Below, piece after piece: positions 21,823 to 33,698 of a stretch of DNA of 64,000 nucleotides. The stretch covers positions 2,170,001 to 2,234,000 of the forward strand of contig JANHCV010000001.1 in assembly GCA_025594325.1 (NCBI GenBank), given 5' to 3'. This stretch comes from Blastocladiella emersonii ATCC 22665. Lineage: Eukaryota > Fungi > Blastocladiomycota. The position numbers were made by a program, and so were the translations under genes. The stretch's first letter is position 1. The number at the start of each line of letters is the position of its first letter. The notes beneath the pieces were generated by a model. It did no database searches. It was not told the origin of the DNA and worked only from the letters and a program-made list of their open reading frames with translations.

Positions 21823-23140
21823 TCAAAGACGGGTCCCACGAGCGGCCATGACGCGCCTGTACTCGGTCCAAAGAACATTTGCGATGCGGTTCCGAAGCGA
21901 GATACCGCGCTGACGAGCTCCGTCCAGCGAGGCCTCGAGGACAGCGGCCTCGTCGTCCTCCTCGTTCTCGTCGTCCAGGGGCTCGCGCCCACGTACTGGC
22001 GCCTCACGCGCCGCGTCCCGCGCGCGCCGGAGCTCCGTCTCGGCGTCGCGAAAGAAGGCGTCGCCGCCTTGGTTCCACTTGTTGATCATGTTGTGCAGCG
22101 TGCAGAGCGCGTACACAAGCTTGACTTGAGTCTTGATTGGGTAGGCCGCGCCAATCGAGAGGACGCGGAACCGCTTCTTGAGCACGCCAAAGATATGCTC
22201 AATGGAGTTGCGGAGCGACGCGTGACGCAGATTGAAAAGCTCTTCGCTGTTCTCAACTCTACGTACGTTGGTGAAGCAGATGAGATGGCGCCAACGTGAT
22301 GGTCATGGCAGTGAGAACGTACCCATCCTTGCCGCGGGCAAACTCGCGAAGATGATAGCGGGTACCGCTGAAGGGCACGATGATGGACGTGCGGTTTGCG
22401 TAGCCGCCGTCGGCGAGGTAGAAGCGGCCGGCGGGGATCTTGAACCCACGGGCGAAGGCGTCCGAGAGCACGCGCGAGTCGTGCGCCTTGCCCTCCCACC
22501 CTGCGAGAACGTAGGTGAAGTTCAAGTCAAAGTCGCAGGCAGCGAGGACATTTGAGGAGATGGTCCCCTTGCGGTTTCGGAACGAGTCGTGAAGCTTGGC
22601 GGGCACAACAAACGGGATGTGCGTTCCGTCAAGCGCGCCGACCGCGTTCTGGAACGGAGCGTATTTCGGGTCGTGGGCGATGCGCTCATGCACGGGCGTA
22701 GAATCGGACGGCTGGACAATGAACTCGGGCATCAGGCGGTACAGAGCGTCGAGCACCTGCTTCAGAACCCTGGACGCGGTCTCGCCAGAGATTTGGAACC
22801 GCTCCCTGAGGTTGCGGTTGGTGCTGCCCTCGCCGGCCATGACAAGAAAAACCATGAAGCGCGCCTCGACGGACAGCTCGCGGCCGTCGGTGAGAAGGCC
22901 ACGGTCGCGGAACAGGCGGCAGATGGCCTTGAAGGTCTCGCGGGGCATACGGGCGATTTCCGAAAAACGCGTTTTGCTGTTGCACGTCAGCAGCTCTTGA
23001 ACCCACGACTCGCCAGAAAGCGTGGACGTGCGGATAGGCTCCCACGAGCGGCGCTCGTTGCGCGCAGCGAGACGTCGCAGGAGAGCGAGGGCGGCCGTGA
23101 GCATGAGGCCGCGCAGCTTGCGGTTGTATCCCTTGCCCAT
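21823..23140 (-). CDS. Harbinger DDE transposase (DDE_Tnp_4-like), 2 exons (23140-22323, 22258-21823), ~417 aa
   Basis: FQNAVGALDGTHI, GWEGKAHDSRVL, YLADGGY and FNLRHASLRNSIEHIFGVLKKRF. One 64-nt GT-AG intron; no stops or frameshifts. Confidence 0.93.
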
Positions 23141-23523
23141 GTTGTTTGAGGGCTCGAGAACACGATGCGTGAGGTTAGGTGTTGATTCGTTGCAATAAGT
23201 GCGGCTGCAAAGAGGTGGGAAAGATTTTATTGCGGGGAGGGGGAGGGGCGTTCATCCAGCGGGGCGTTTGGTTCGCACGGCCGCTGAGATGAACGGGGGT
23301 GAGGTGAAACGTGGCAACTTTTTCAGCTGATCCACCTGATCTGAACCAAACGGACCCTTAATCAAGCCGATAAAGCACCTTGCAAGACTGAGTGCCAGCA
23401 GATCGCCGTCAACAACATCATTTGAAGCTTGGATCGGCCGATCCGGATATCCAACGACGACTAGAACGTTACGATTACGAAAAGGTTCTTCGTACGCACA
23501 TTTCCTGCCTTGTCCAGCGCAAG

Positions 23524-24661
23524 AGAACTCAAATCAAGCCAATATCAGTCACTTGAAACTCACGTGCTGCGTGCGAGACGCGTTTCGTCTCGCGTCTCGC
23601 GTCTCGCGCGGTTTTGCCTCCCACGTCCATTTCTTGGCGGTTTTGCGCGCGCGACTGACCGGTTGGGTGCGCGAATGAGGCCAGAAACCAATTTTATCAA
23701 CTGGCATATCACGGCACTTGCAGTGCGCCGCCAGTCAGTGCAGCGAACGGCCGAGCTTGGCCAGCCGCTATAAAGCTCGGCCTGGGTCCCCGCTACCCTC
23801 TTCTCTCCTTCCTCACCAACCATTCATCGCCATGATCGTGATCCCAGCCCACTCTCACCCACTGCAACGCACCAAGGCTCGATCAAGGAGCAGCACCGTC
23901 ACCTCGTCGCCATGATCGTGGTCCACCACGGCCATCAACATCGGCGTTCGGCCGCGGCTCTCTCGGCTTCGTCACCACCAAGTACCTTGCCATGACCGAC
24001 CCGTGTTCGCGCTCGCGCTGCCGCTGCACCTGCTCGCCGACAACCTGATCGACCACACCAAGTCGCCCGTCGCCTGCACTTCGTCGGCCTCGCGCGCCCG
24101 GTCTCGTCAGGATCACGATCATCAAGGGCTGCTCTCTCGCGCGCCGTCATCATCCTCAAGCGCCACGACGGCCTGATCAAGACCCCGGCTCTCGCCCATC
24201 GAAGGTACCGATCCGACTCTGGGTGCACCCCACGCTCCTCGACTAACGCTTCCTCGCGTGTAGAAGCCGCCGCCCGCACGTCGTCGCCCATCATCGGCAC
24301 GCGTGCGCGTGTGCGCATCCTGTTCCGCAACTACCGGCCGCGCGCGCACGGGTGGTACCATGGTCGGTCCATGGCCCCGCGCGTGTCCGTACCGCTCCAA
24401 AGACTCGCGCGCCGCATCGTCACTCGGACCGACAAGATGGAGGGTCCTCGTAGTCTGACCCCACCTGTGACAAAGAGATGTACGGTGCCTTTCGGGTGGG
24501 TTGGCGGCGCGCTCGAGGTCTCGATGATGATGGAGTTCTTTCTCTTTTGGCTGGCTCGGACCGACAAGATGGGGTCCTCGATGCCGGCGACCGGAAGCGA
24601 GGACGGCGGTTCCTTTCGGGTTAGTCCTGATGTGACGCCTCAGTAGGAGGGCACGCGATGA
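23524..24661. repeat. Right arm of the long inverted repeat (partner 18883-20080)
   Basis: Reverse complement of the left arm. The outer ~900 bp appear identical and the inner part is diverged. Confidence 0.92.
23832..24420 (+). pseudogene. Frameshift-riddled gene relic within the repeat arm (mirror copy at ~19124-19712, minus strand)
   Basis: TATAAA at 23769 with a CT-rich leader. Protein-like fragments in shifting frames (TTAINIGV, LGFVTTKYLAMTD, VFALALPLHLLADNLIDH, RAVIILKRHDGLIKTP). An intron-like segment gtaccg...ctaac...tgtag. Product not recognised. Confidence 0.4.
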
Positions 24662-24759
24662 CAAGGTGTTCACTATTATTATATATTATGACCGGTTTGC
24701 TTCCCCGTTTGTCGTTCGCTCGAGTTTTCACTGTCCTAACGCGCTTCGCGTCGCATCGT

Positions 24760-25810
24760 GCCCACTTGAGCGAGTCACGAGCGAAAGTAAGCGGGTATTC
24801 AACACATCACGCTTGCTTGATGCTGAGTTGCTCATCTGCGTGAAGCTGCGTTCGGGCCTGCACCGCGGCCTTGACCCTGATCTCAGCCACGATCTGCATC
24901 GCGTCGTCGCCAAGTTGATCCGCCGTATGAAGAGCGCCGGGCAGACAGACCATGACCGTGCCACTCGTCTAGACCTTAAACGCACACTTGCCGTCCTGGA
25001 GATTGATCGCGAGCTCTGCCGCCGCGGCTGTCGCTTTCGACGAGCGGGTCACACCGACCTTGCACTCGGCGGCGAGCGACGGCCGTCGCCTCAGTATCCC
25101 GCACGTCAAGTGCAACCAACGGGCCGGAGCTTGAACAAGATCTAGATGACATGGTTTGTCGCGGACGCGGCCAAGTGGAAGGTGCCCAGCGACACGTACT
25201 TGCGCCGAACAGGACGCCAAAGAGGAAACCGCCGTATTCGTGGAGGACAACGTGGTCGCTCGCCAGTGTGCGCATCGAGCACGTGAAGCCGCCGCTGAGC
25301 GCGGTGACGCTTCGGACTTAGACGCATGACGAGGCGTGAAACCTGTGCTTGGCCGGGTCGGTTGTCAGTTCGGTGCGGCGCTGGGCGACGGCGGCCTTGG
25401 TCGCGGCGATCGTGGCGCGGGTCTCGGCCACAAGGTTACTTATGTGCAAGAACTGAAGGAGCAACGAGACAAGACTAGCTCGCGGTTGGCCACGCCACGG
25501 TTGTGCCGAGTGCATGCGGGTCGGACCACGCCCCTCAACGTCGTCACGAAGGTGGGCGCGGGCTCAAGCGGTACGTCATACCCGTGGCCCAGCTAACCTG
25601 GCGGACATAATTCAGCAAGTTAAGCGTGTTCATGGCGAGAGCGATTGTGGATGCTGGGGAAACGGGAGCAGAGGCGCCGAAGGCTTGAGAGTCGCGGCCA
25701 GCCGGCGCCGCATCAACACTGTGGCGCACGTGGTGGCGCACCGCGTCGCGGCCCTCTGCCCTCGACGCAACCCGCGACAAAGGTACTGATGCAGCCTTGA
25801 CACTCGCCAC
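24760..25810 (-). pseudogene. Probable decayed gene relic (short interrupted protein-like ORFs)
   Basis: Several short fragments in different frames with protein-like composition (e.g. DHVVLHEYGGFLFGVLFG; LLQFLHISNLVAETRATIAATKAAV). No family recognised. Confidence 0.25.
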
Positions 25811-26220
25811 CGCCTTCGACGCTCTTGCGCGAGACGCCGTACGCGCACCCGCGACGTCGGGACAGTGCTTCGCGTGCGTGGCTCCCGAACCGGATTTTGG
25901 CGTCCGCGTCGATGGCCAAGTCGCACGCGAGCCCGTCTGGCCGTGTGCGTGTGGTGCCCAGAAACAGCGGCCCAGGGAGGTCGCAGAGTGCGCTCATGGG
26001 CGCCCGATCCGATCGGCAAGCGCGTGCCCGCGCAGGCCACGCACGGCGCGATCAGATCGGTGACTCACACATTTTCGGGGCACGCTCCTCATTTAATCCC
26101 CGGGCGCCCCCGCCACTCCGTCAACCTTTTAACCCTCTCGCCACGAACTCAATGCTGTAGGTAGAAGGAACGTCATGGCGGATCCGTTTTGTCCACTCTC
26201 ACATCATAGCACTCAACACC

Positions 26221-27084
26221 ATGAAACATCTAGACGATTGCACCGCTCGCCCGTGCTCGCTCCCTGCTGCTCCCCTTGCTTCGCCGCTCGGGCTCTCGAC
26301 TCTTCCCAACGAGTCCATGACGCGGATGCCGCAACTGCTCAACGTGCAACCGGCTGCTGCGTTGCTCGCTCGCGGCGAGTTTGCCGCCGCTCCGAGCGCC
26401 GGCGCGTTTGACGTACCAGCTCACGACTGCCTTGTCGCTCGCCACGCACCGCTGCTCCTCGAGTACCTGCCCGTTACCGACGTTTTCGATCGGCAGTTTG
26501 GTCTCGTCGACCGAGGCAACGGCGCCGCACCCTCGATCGCGCTCATTGCACGCATTTTCGTGCTCGCGCTGTGCCTGATTGCAGCGGGCGACGTCGACTG
26601 TCTCCCCGTCGTGCTGGACGCAATCGCCGACGAGCGCATCATGACGAACAAGCTCAAGCTCGCCGAGTGGGTGCGCCTCGATCCCGACTCGCGCAAGGTC
26701 GTGATCGACGCTTACGTCGAGCTCAGCGAGGACTTGGGCAACGGCAAGGACACGCGCGCCGCCTTCATCGACTATCTCGTTCTCGCGTGCCTGAAATGGT
26801 GACGCCCCGAGATGCTTCCCGTTGTCGCGACGCCCAAGCACGGGTTCGACGCAGACTCGTTTTTCTTCAAGTTCTACACCTACCACTGGTACGAGCTCCC
26901 CTCGGCCGCGCACGATCGCTCGATCTCGACCACGCGCTTCATTGCCACGCTCGAGTGGCTCTTTCGCGCTAATGACCTCGTCGACGAGGAAGATCGCTAC
27001 GACATCGTCGAAGACCTCTTCCGCGACTTGTGCGACGGCGCAGCTTTCTTGAAGCTAGTCCAAGCGCTCGAGTTTGACAGGTAA
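26221..27084 (+). pseudogene. Hypothetical gene interrupted by a single in-frame TGA (26800-26802)
   Basis: ORFs 26221-26802 and 26812-27084 are in the same frame (...LKW*RPEMLP...), with similar codon usage on both sides. A possible splice donor AG|GTAAG lies at ~27080. Confidence 0.5.
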
Positions 27085-27537
27085 GAAGGCGCGTGTGCCG
27101 CATACCAGTATCTCAGCCCGTAGTTTTGCAATGACGTGTGCGTTGATTCGGTCTGTGAGTTAAAATTTATCGATACCCTTTTGAGGCAGTCTGTCGCCCT
27201 CTCTAAACGTCTCAATCAAACCTACGCGTTGCGCCACGCACGGGAAGGTGGACAAGCCGCATCAGCTCGGTTCGTCGTAGAACAAGCAAGACCATGCCAA
27301 GATGTTCAATATAGCGCGTCAATGAGCTGTGCAGAATCTGGAATGATACATCACCAGCTCGATGTGGTGACGAAACCGGTCGCTGACCGCCAACAATCGT
27401 CAGCGCGGCCAGCGCGGCGACGCGGGCGGCAATCCGCTGTGACCCGCAATTAATCTCAAAAAATATGCCTACTACTTGTCTTGCTATGTTGTGGTCGTGA
27501 ATCGAGTCGATGGGTATTGTGGAGTGGGGAAAACGCG

Positions 27538-28006
27538 ATGCGCTCGAAGCTGACACACGTTGCTCCTGGACTTAGGTTGCGGGCGCGTCCACCCGCTCAA
27601 TTACGTGCACTAACTCTCCCCCTATTCTACATCCCGCAAATTAAATGCTAAAATGTTTCTACCACCACTAAAATAGCTCATAATACATATCATACATCTG
27701 TGCAAAGTTTCGCGCGGATCACACATATGACGCAATTCAAGAAGCTAAGCTCTAAGTGCCGATTTCGTCCGAACGACCAAACCCGAAAGTTTTTTTCAAC
27801 TTTGCACGGTCGGACAACTTCTCGACACCCCAACATCGCGACTCGGAGATTTTTGCATTTCTGAGGTCCCTGAGAGTCCCTGATCACGATCCAATACTCA
27901 GAAAAAAAATATTTCATGACATCTTCAATTTAGAGTGCTAAGTCGGAGCACGTGACCGTGGTGGCGCAGCAGCCTGAGCTGGCCTGCCGCGCGTCGTTCG
28001 CGTCAG
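27538..28006. repeat. ~460-bp repeat with an AT-rich core, copy B (inverted relative to copy A)
   Basis: Reverse-complement match to 13549-14009. The ORF track shows near-identical short peptides at 13606-13821(-) and 27756-27941(+). Confidence 0.85.
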
Positions 28007-28688
28007 TGTGACGAGCCGTACGACCCTTCTCTGGAATCGATCATAGACATGCGCTGAAACCGCATTCTCGTAAGTGAGAAAGGAGCCGTTTGAATCATTC
28101 CAAGCACCGGGACGGCTGCTGGCGCTGAAGCGGGACGCTGGGCGCGATCCGAGTCTCGCACAAGTTAGGCGATTAACGACATCGTGAGCTCGAGCACACA
28201 TTAGTCTCCACTCTCTGAGCTCAGAACCATGCTTTGGAGACATATCGGGGTCAGACGTGGCAGTGGAAGCTCCTTGATGATGAGCGAGCCGCGACCGCAC
28301 AACTTACCGTCGTACGGCGCGCAGTCGACTTGTCCCGCTCATAGTCACTTCCAAGCTCAGATATATGCGCGCGCTTGCTTAGTGAAGTTTAGAGTCACTC
28401 AGCGGGCTCTCAGATTGTGGTCCTGGTGCCCGTCCCTTGGCACCTCAAGTTGGCCTTAACCGCGTGATTCGAACGGCTCTCAAGCGCTTTTTTAGAGAGA
28501 ATCAGTCGTCGTCTAACAGAGCTCTATTGAACGTGCTTCACTCGCTCCCTCCGACGTGGGCCCGGGTTCCGCGCACGACCGCGATGGTCAATCGCACATG
28601 GCGCCACATGACCTGACCAGTGATCACGCAGCGGTCAAGGCGCCTCGCGGCGCTCACCTCCTCCGCTCCTCAACGCCATATCCTCGCC

Positions 28689-30302
28689 ATGACAGCTAAT
28701 GCAACTACCAGCAACGCACCCGCAGACACGGCCGTCGTCGTTCCGCGGGTCCTCAGCCCGCACTCGCTCGTCCATGTCCACGAGTCGCCCGTGATCACGC
28801 TCGCTGCGACGCCAGCTGGCAGCGCTGGCGCCTGGACCGTCTATGCGTCGCCTGAAGATGGTGGGATCTACGCTCATACCATCCCCGCGGTTCCTTCCGG
28901 ACTCGTCGCGGGTACCCGACTCGACGGAGGCACAGAAGGTGTGGTCACGGCGCTCGCGGTGACGGACGGTGGCGCGATGCTGTACGCTGCCGAGGATATT
29001 GCGGCAACGGGAAACTCGCGCGTGGTTACTGTTCTGTTGCGCGGCAGCACGGGGGAGTCGAAGCACAGCAAGTATGAGGCGGACGACGAGATCAGCAAGG
29101 TTTGCGACTTGTACTTCGCCAACGGAAGCGCAAAATAACTTAACTTCGAGTTGTGTAGCTCTCATTGATTCCCGCTCTCGGTCTCGTTGCGGCGACAGAC
29201 GACTCGGGCCGCGTTGCGCTGCTTGATGACGGAACCCTCGCCACGGTCGCGTCGTGGGATGCACATGAACACGTACGCATCGCCTCCAATCAAATGCCGC
29301 CCCAAGCTCACACGCAGGATGATCTCATAGGTTTGCGCGGGCGCAGCACTCCTGAACGCAGCCCAGATCGCCGCCTCGTCGCAGCCCAGCAACCGCGGCG
29401 GGAGCAGCAACGCCAAATCGCGCACTCCGCAGTCCACCGCGCCTGTCCGCCGCCCCAAGACCGTCGACGTGGTCACGCTCGGCGTCGATTACACGATTCT
29501 GACGTGGAAGGTCCCACTGAGCAGCAACTCGTCGGCTACCGCCACGCTGACGAGTCAGGTTAACCTCCGTACGTTCACTCGCTCGCGCCCTTACATTCCG
29601 ATGCACACTCACCTCCCCATGTAGTCTCGGCCCTCCCATCTCAACGCTCTGCCAGCGGCTCTTCGACCTCGTACAACCCGCCGCTCATCATGTCGCACCT
29701 CTCCACTGTGCTCAGCGGCACGACGCCGTACCACGTCCTGGGCCTGGGCTCCGGCGGCCTCCTGTTCCTCCGCCCACGCGGCCGCCGCCCGGGCAAGCGC
29801 GCGTTCGCGTGGCCGACGGCCGCGACTCGCAGCGGGCCGTGGCACGGGTGGGAGGCGGTCGAGGTGCACCCGGACCTGGCGGACGCGGTGTCGCCGCACC
29901 GGTACTTTGTCGAGCAGCTGTACGTTTTTCTCGAGTCTCACCACCATCGCGATTGATTCACTGACACACGCGCGTCAACGTGATAGAATGCCCGTCCCCG
30001 GCTCGCCCACCCGCATCGCGTCGGGGTGCTCGGACGGCACGCTAGCCGTGTGGGACCTCGCGCGCGTGTTCGACGCGCCGGCGCCCGTGGCGACCGCGGT
30101 CGCGCCCGTCAAGGTATCCGCGGCCGTGTGTCTCGGCGTGTATCCGGCGGTGACGGAGGCGGCGGAGCGCGAGGTCTGGTGGATCGTGTCGGGACCCGCG
30201 GTCGAGCAACAGCAGCGAGATGGTGGGCTCTCGAGCTGCGCTATGGTCATGGTGACCGCACCGCTTCGTGAAGAGGAGGGGGAGGGAAAGAAGAAGGCGT
30301 GA
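28689..30302 (+). CDS. WD40/beta-propeller protein, multi-exon (possibly WDR53-like)
   Basis: Exons carry WD-like segments (VTALAVTDGGAMLYAA, LVAATDDSGRVALLD, VVTLGVDYTILTWKV, IASGCSDGTLAVWDL) and an NPPLI motif, separated by GT-AG introns. The subfamily is tentative. Confidence 0.65.
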
Positions 30303-30473
30303 TTGATACACTCACGTTCCATGCCAACAGGTGAAAGATGATGATGAGATTGAGTGACACCCGCGGCGGCCGCGGGCCAGCGACCACTTCGCCGCCCGCC
30401 GGACACCGCCGCCCATGAACGAAGACAAAAAAGCACAATCGAGACTCTTCCCCGCCGCCGTCGTCGACGACGC

Positions 30474-32622
30474 TTAGACCTGCGGGTTATTCCACCGCTG
30501 CGACCCGGCGCTCCCACCTCCGCCGCCGCCGCCGGCCCCGCCGCCCGAGCCACCGCGACTGCTGGTCGCCGTGCCGGGCTTGGACGCGGCGGTCCCGGGC
30601 CCCGCGACCTTGCTCGTGTACAGGGCGCGCGACGCGTAGCTGGTGCGCGACCCCGAGTACGGTTTCGCGGCCGACGGTTGTGGTGGCGGGAGCTGGGCGA
30701 TGGGCGGGAGCGACCGCGGGGGTTTCCCCGTGGCGAGCATGGCCGAGACGCCGCTGCTGGCGGCCGTCGTAGTTGTCGCGTTGGCGGCGGTCCCATGCCG
30801 CGCTGAAGTGGAAGACGCCGTGGACGCGGCCGACGAGGTGGCGGCGCGCTTGACGCCGGCGTTGCGCACGTCCGAGATGCCGCGGGCCGTGGCCGAGTCG
30901 ACCTGGACGATCCACGGGTGGTGGATGGCCTCCATGGGGCGCATGCGTTTCCGCGGGTCCCACGTCAGGCACTTGCGCACGAAATCGAGGAACTGCTCGT
31001 CGCGGCACTTGACGGCCTGCGCAAGCGTGCGCCCGTTGACGCGGCGCGACTTGCCCTTGGCGTTGGCGTACGGGATGGGTTCCTCGTTCGCGTCTGCAGG
31101 GGGTTGGTCAGCTCGTGTTGGTGGTGCGAATCAGAGAAAAAGTAGTACCGAAGAACATGTTCTTGCGCTCGGCAATGGCCATGAGGTCGGGGTCGGGGAG
31201 GCCGAGGAGCTCCATCATGCACCAGAGCTGGTCCTGCTCGTTCTCGCCGGGGAAGATCGGGTAGCCCGTGTAGAGCTCGACGAGGATGCACCCGAGGCTC
31301 CACATGTCGATGGCCATGTCGTAGGGCGCGCCGAGGATCACCTCGGGCGACCGGTAGAAGCGCGACTGGATGTACGTGTAGGCCTTTTCCGACAGCGGGC
31401 ACGACGAGCCAAAGTCGATGACCTTGATGTTGGACTTGTTAGGGGTCTTGAGGAGGACGTTTTCTCTGCGCGGTCGCGGCGAGTTAGTCGCGGCGGGACA
31501 TATCCGAGGTAGATGGGAGGCGTACGGTTTGAGGTCGCAATGGATGATCTCATTTTTCCACAGGAGGTTGAGGCAGTTGAGGATCTGGACCGAGAAGCGG
31601 CGGATGAGGCCGACCGAGAAGCCGCGAAAGTCGTTTCCCTTGATGAACTCGTAGAGGTTGATGGAGAGAAGCTCGAAGACGATGCACAGGTGGTTGCGAA
31701 AGCGAAAGGTCTCGGTCATCTGGACGCAGTTGGACGTGTCGTCGGGGTCCTGGTACGGCGAGAGCGGATCTCGGTCAGTGCGACAGCCGCGAGAAGCACG
31801 CACCCGCGAAGAAAGAAAAGCGTACCCAGCGCTTGAGGTCCTCGAGGATACGGATCTCGATCTCGCCCTGGGTGGTGAAGCGCTTCTTGTTGCGGATGAT
31901 CTTGAGTGCGACGGGCTCCTTGGTGCGGTGGTCGAGGGCGCGCACGACCTGGCCGAACGAGCCCTTGCCGAGGATTTCGAGGATCTCGTAGCGGTAGGCA
32001 ATGTGGTCGTGGGTCTGGATGAGGTAGTCGCCCTTGTTGTCGTCGTAGCCGTTGTTGGGCAGCGCGTCCGACAGGCCGTTGAGCTTCTTCTTGCCGTTGG
32101 CGACAATGGTCTGGCCCCAGTAGTAGACGTCGGGGAAGTCGAGGATCTCGTAGAGCTCGGCCGAGGTGAGGTGGGTGCCGTGGTTCCGGATCACGTCTGT
32201 TGGGTGATGGAGCAGCAGTGAGCAGCGGAGCGGGGATGTGGCGCACCGCGTGCGGCGCGTCGGATCACGCAGCGCGGCATGATCTGAAACGCGGGCTGCA
32301 GCAGCAGGCCGGGCGGCCGAGCGCGAGAGCGAGAGCAGCGTACCCTGCGGAGAATAGGAGGCTGGTGGTGGTGCCTGGGCCGAGTTGGGGGCCGAGGACG
32401 AGGGCGAGTCGCGGGGCGAGGGGCGGGCGCTGCCGGGGAGGGCGGCTCGCGCCGAGCCCGGGACCGGCTTGGTTGGGACGGCGTGGTGGTGCAGCGACTT
32501 GCCCGAGTCGATGCGCTCGGGCGCATACGTCTCTACCCTAGACACGCGACGGGTCCGCGGCATCAGCACGGCGCATCGCGGGTAGCGGTTCCGGAGGGCA
32601 CCCACCGATTTCCGCGCAGCAT
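30474..32622 (-). CDS. Dual-specificity kinase, DYRK class 2 (DYRK2/Pom1-like), multi-exon
   Basis: DH-box [46 protein letters not shown] and [14 protein letters not shown]. Proposed start ccaccATG at 32622 with a 68-nt intron (32538-32605) that restores the frame. Confidence 0.9.
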
Positions 32623-33698
32623 GGTGGCGGCAGGCGAGCGACGAGGATGATGCGCCGGGTGATAGCAGGTGCAGCAGCGAGTCGCCGGATCGAGGGTGCC
32701 GGCGAGATGGGCGAGCGACTGCGGGGTGGTGCGCAGCACACCGCGCGGATACACGAGAGAGCGGGCAGCGGGCGAACGTCGGCGGCGACGCGTTAGCCAT
32801 TCATTCATCCATCTGTGCTTGCGTTCGGCGTCGGTCTCGCGGTCGTGGGAGCGGATGATGATGCATGGGGTGCGGTCGGGCGCATGGCAACTTCATGGGA
32901 GTGAGCGGGCACACCTCGTTGGGCGCGCGTGGGCGGCAGCGGGCGGGGAGCGTGGATGGGCTGCCGGGGGCGAGTCTTCGGGTCGGCAAGCGGTGGGACG
33001 GGATGGGATGGGATGGGAGTCGAATGGAAGGCCGGGCCGAGCGGTGAAAGGGACGGCGAGGGAGGGGGGCGCGAGCGGGCGGGGTCCTCGGGGCGGCCGC
33101 ACACACCTCACGCGCGTCGAGTGCAGCGGATTGCTTGCGATGCGTTGCGATGCGATGCGGAGAGCTCGTTGTTGCCGGCAGCGGAGATGAGGCGAGGAGA
33201 GGGCAATTGCGGGAAGCGTGCGAGATCGGCGCGGCGCGGGAGCGGCGTGAGCGTGAGCGTGAGGGTCGGTGCAGCTGGCGGCAAACGCGTGCGGGTGCGG
33301 GGTGGGACGTGGGAGAGCGCGCCCAGGTTTCTTCTCTCCCCTCTTCTCCCCTCGCTTCGCCGCCCGCTCGCGCCGTCTGCCACGGAAATCCGCTTTCAGC
33401 GGGCAGCGGCCAGCGCGCGGCCAGCGGGCACCAGCAGCGATCGGCACCGGCACGCGTGTAACAAGCGCGGCCGGAGCAGCCGTGAGAGCCCCGTGCGAAC
33501 AGCGACGCGCCCACGCCCGACGTGATGTCTCCCTCCCCTCCTCGGCCTTCTCGACCGGCTCGGCCAGCCCGCGAAAACGCGCTGGTGCAACGCGTGGGCA
33601 ACCGGCGCGTGACCGGCCCGTGACGCTGCCGCCGATCCCGCTCGCTCCTCTGTCGCTGACGAGCCGCTCTCCTTGCCGCTTCTCCCCACCCGTCCACC

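Larger units (their letters stand above)
20110..23357. mobile_element. Autonomous PIF/Harbinger DNA transposon, 3,248 bp
   Basis: TIRs GGGCCCGTTTGGTTC and GAACCAAACGGACCC match at 14 of 15 nt, with a shared subterminal ATCAGGTGGATCA. TTA target-site duplication at 20107-20109 and 23358-23360. Encodes a DDE transposase and a Myb/SANT-like protein. Confidence 0.95.

Noticed and set aside
26800-26802. Selenocysteine codon
   Set aside because: No redox (CxxU/UxxC) context and no SECIS recognised. A CGA-to-TGA nonsense change is the simpler explanation.
13516-28006. 9-bp direct repeat TCGCGTCAG (13516-13524 and 27998-28006) as a MULE-type TSD
   Set aside because: It is not placed symmetrically relative to the inverted repeat ends (offset ~28 bp), and CGCG-rich 9-mers are common here.
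32980-33300. GGGAT microsatellite and purine-rich tract with many short ORFs
   Set aside because: This is low-complexity promoter/5' UTR sequence between the divergent DYRK and RTR1 genes, and the ORFs show no coding signature.
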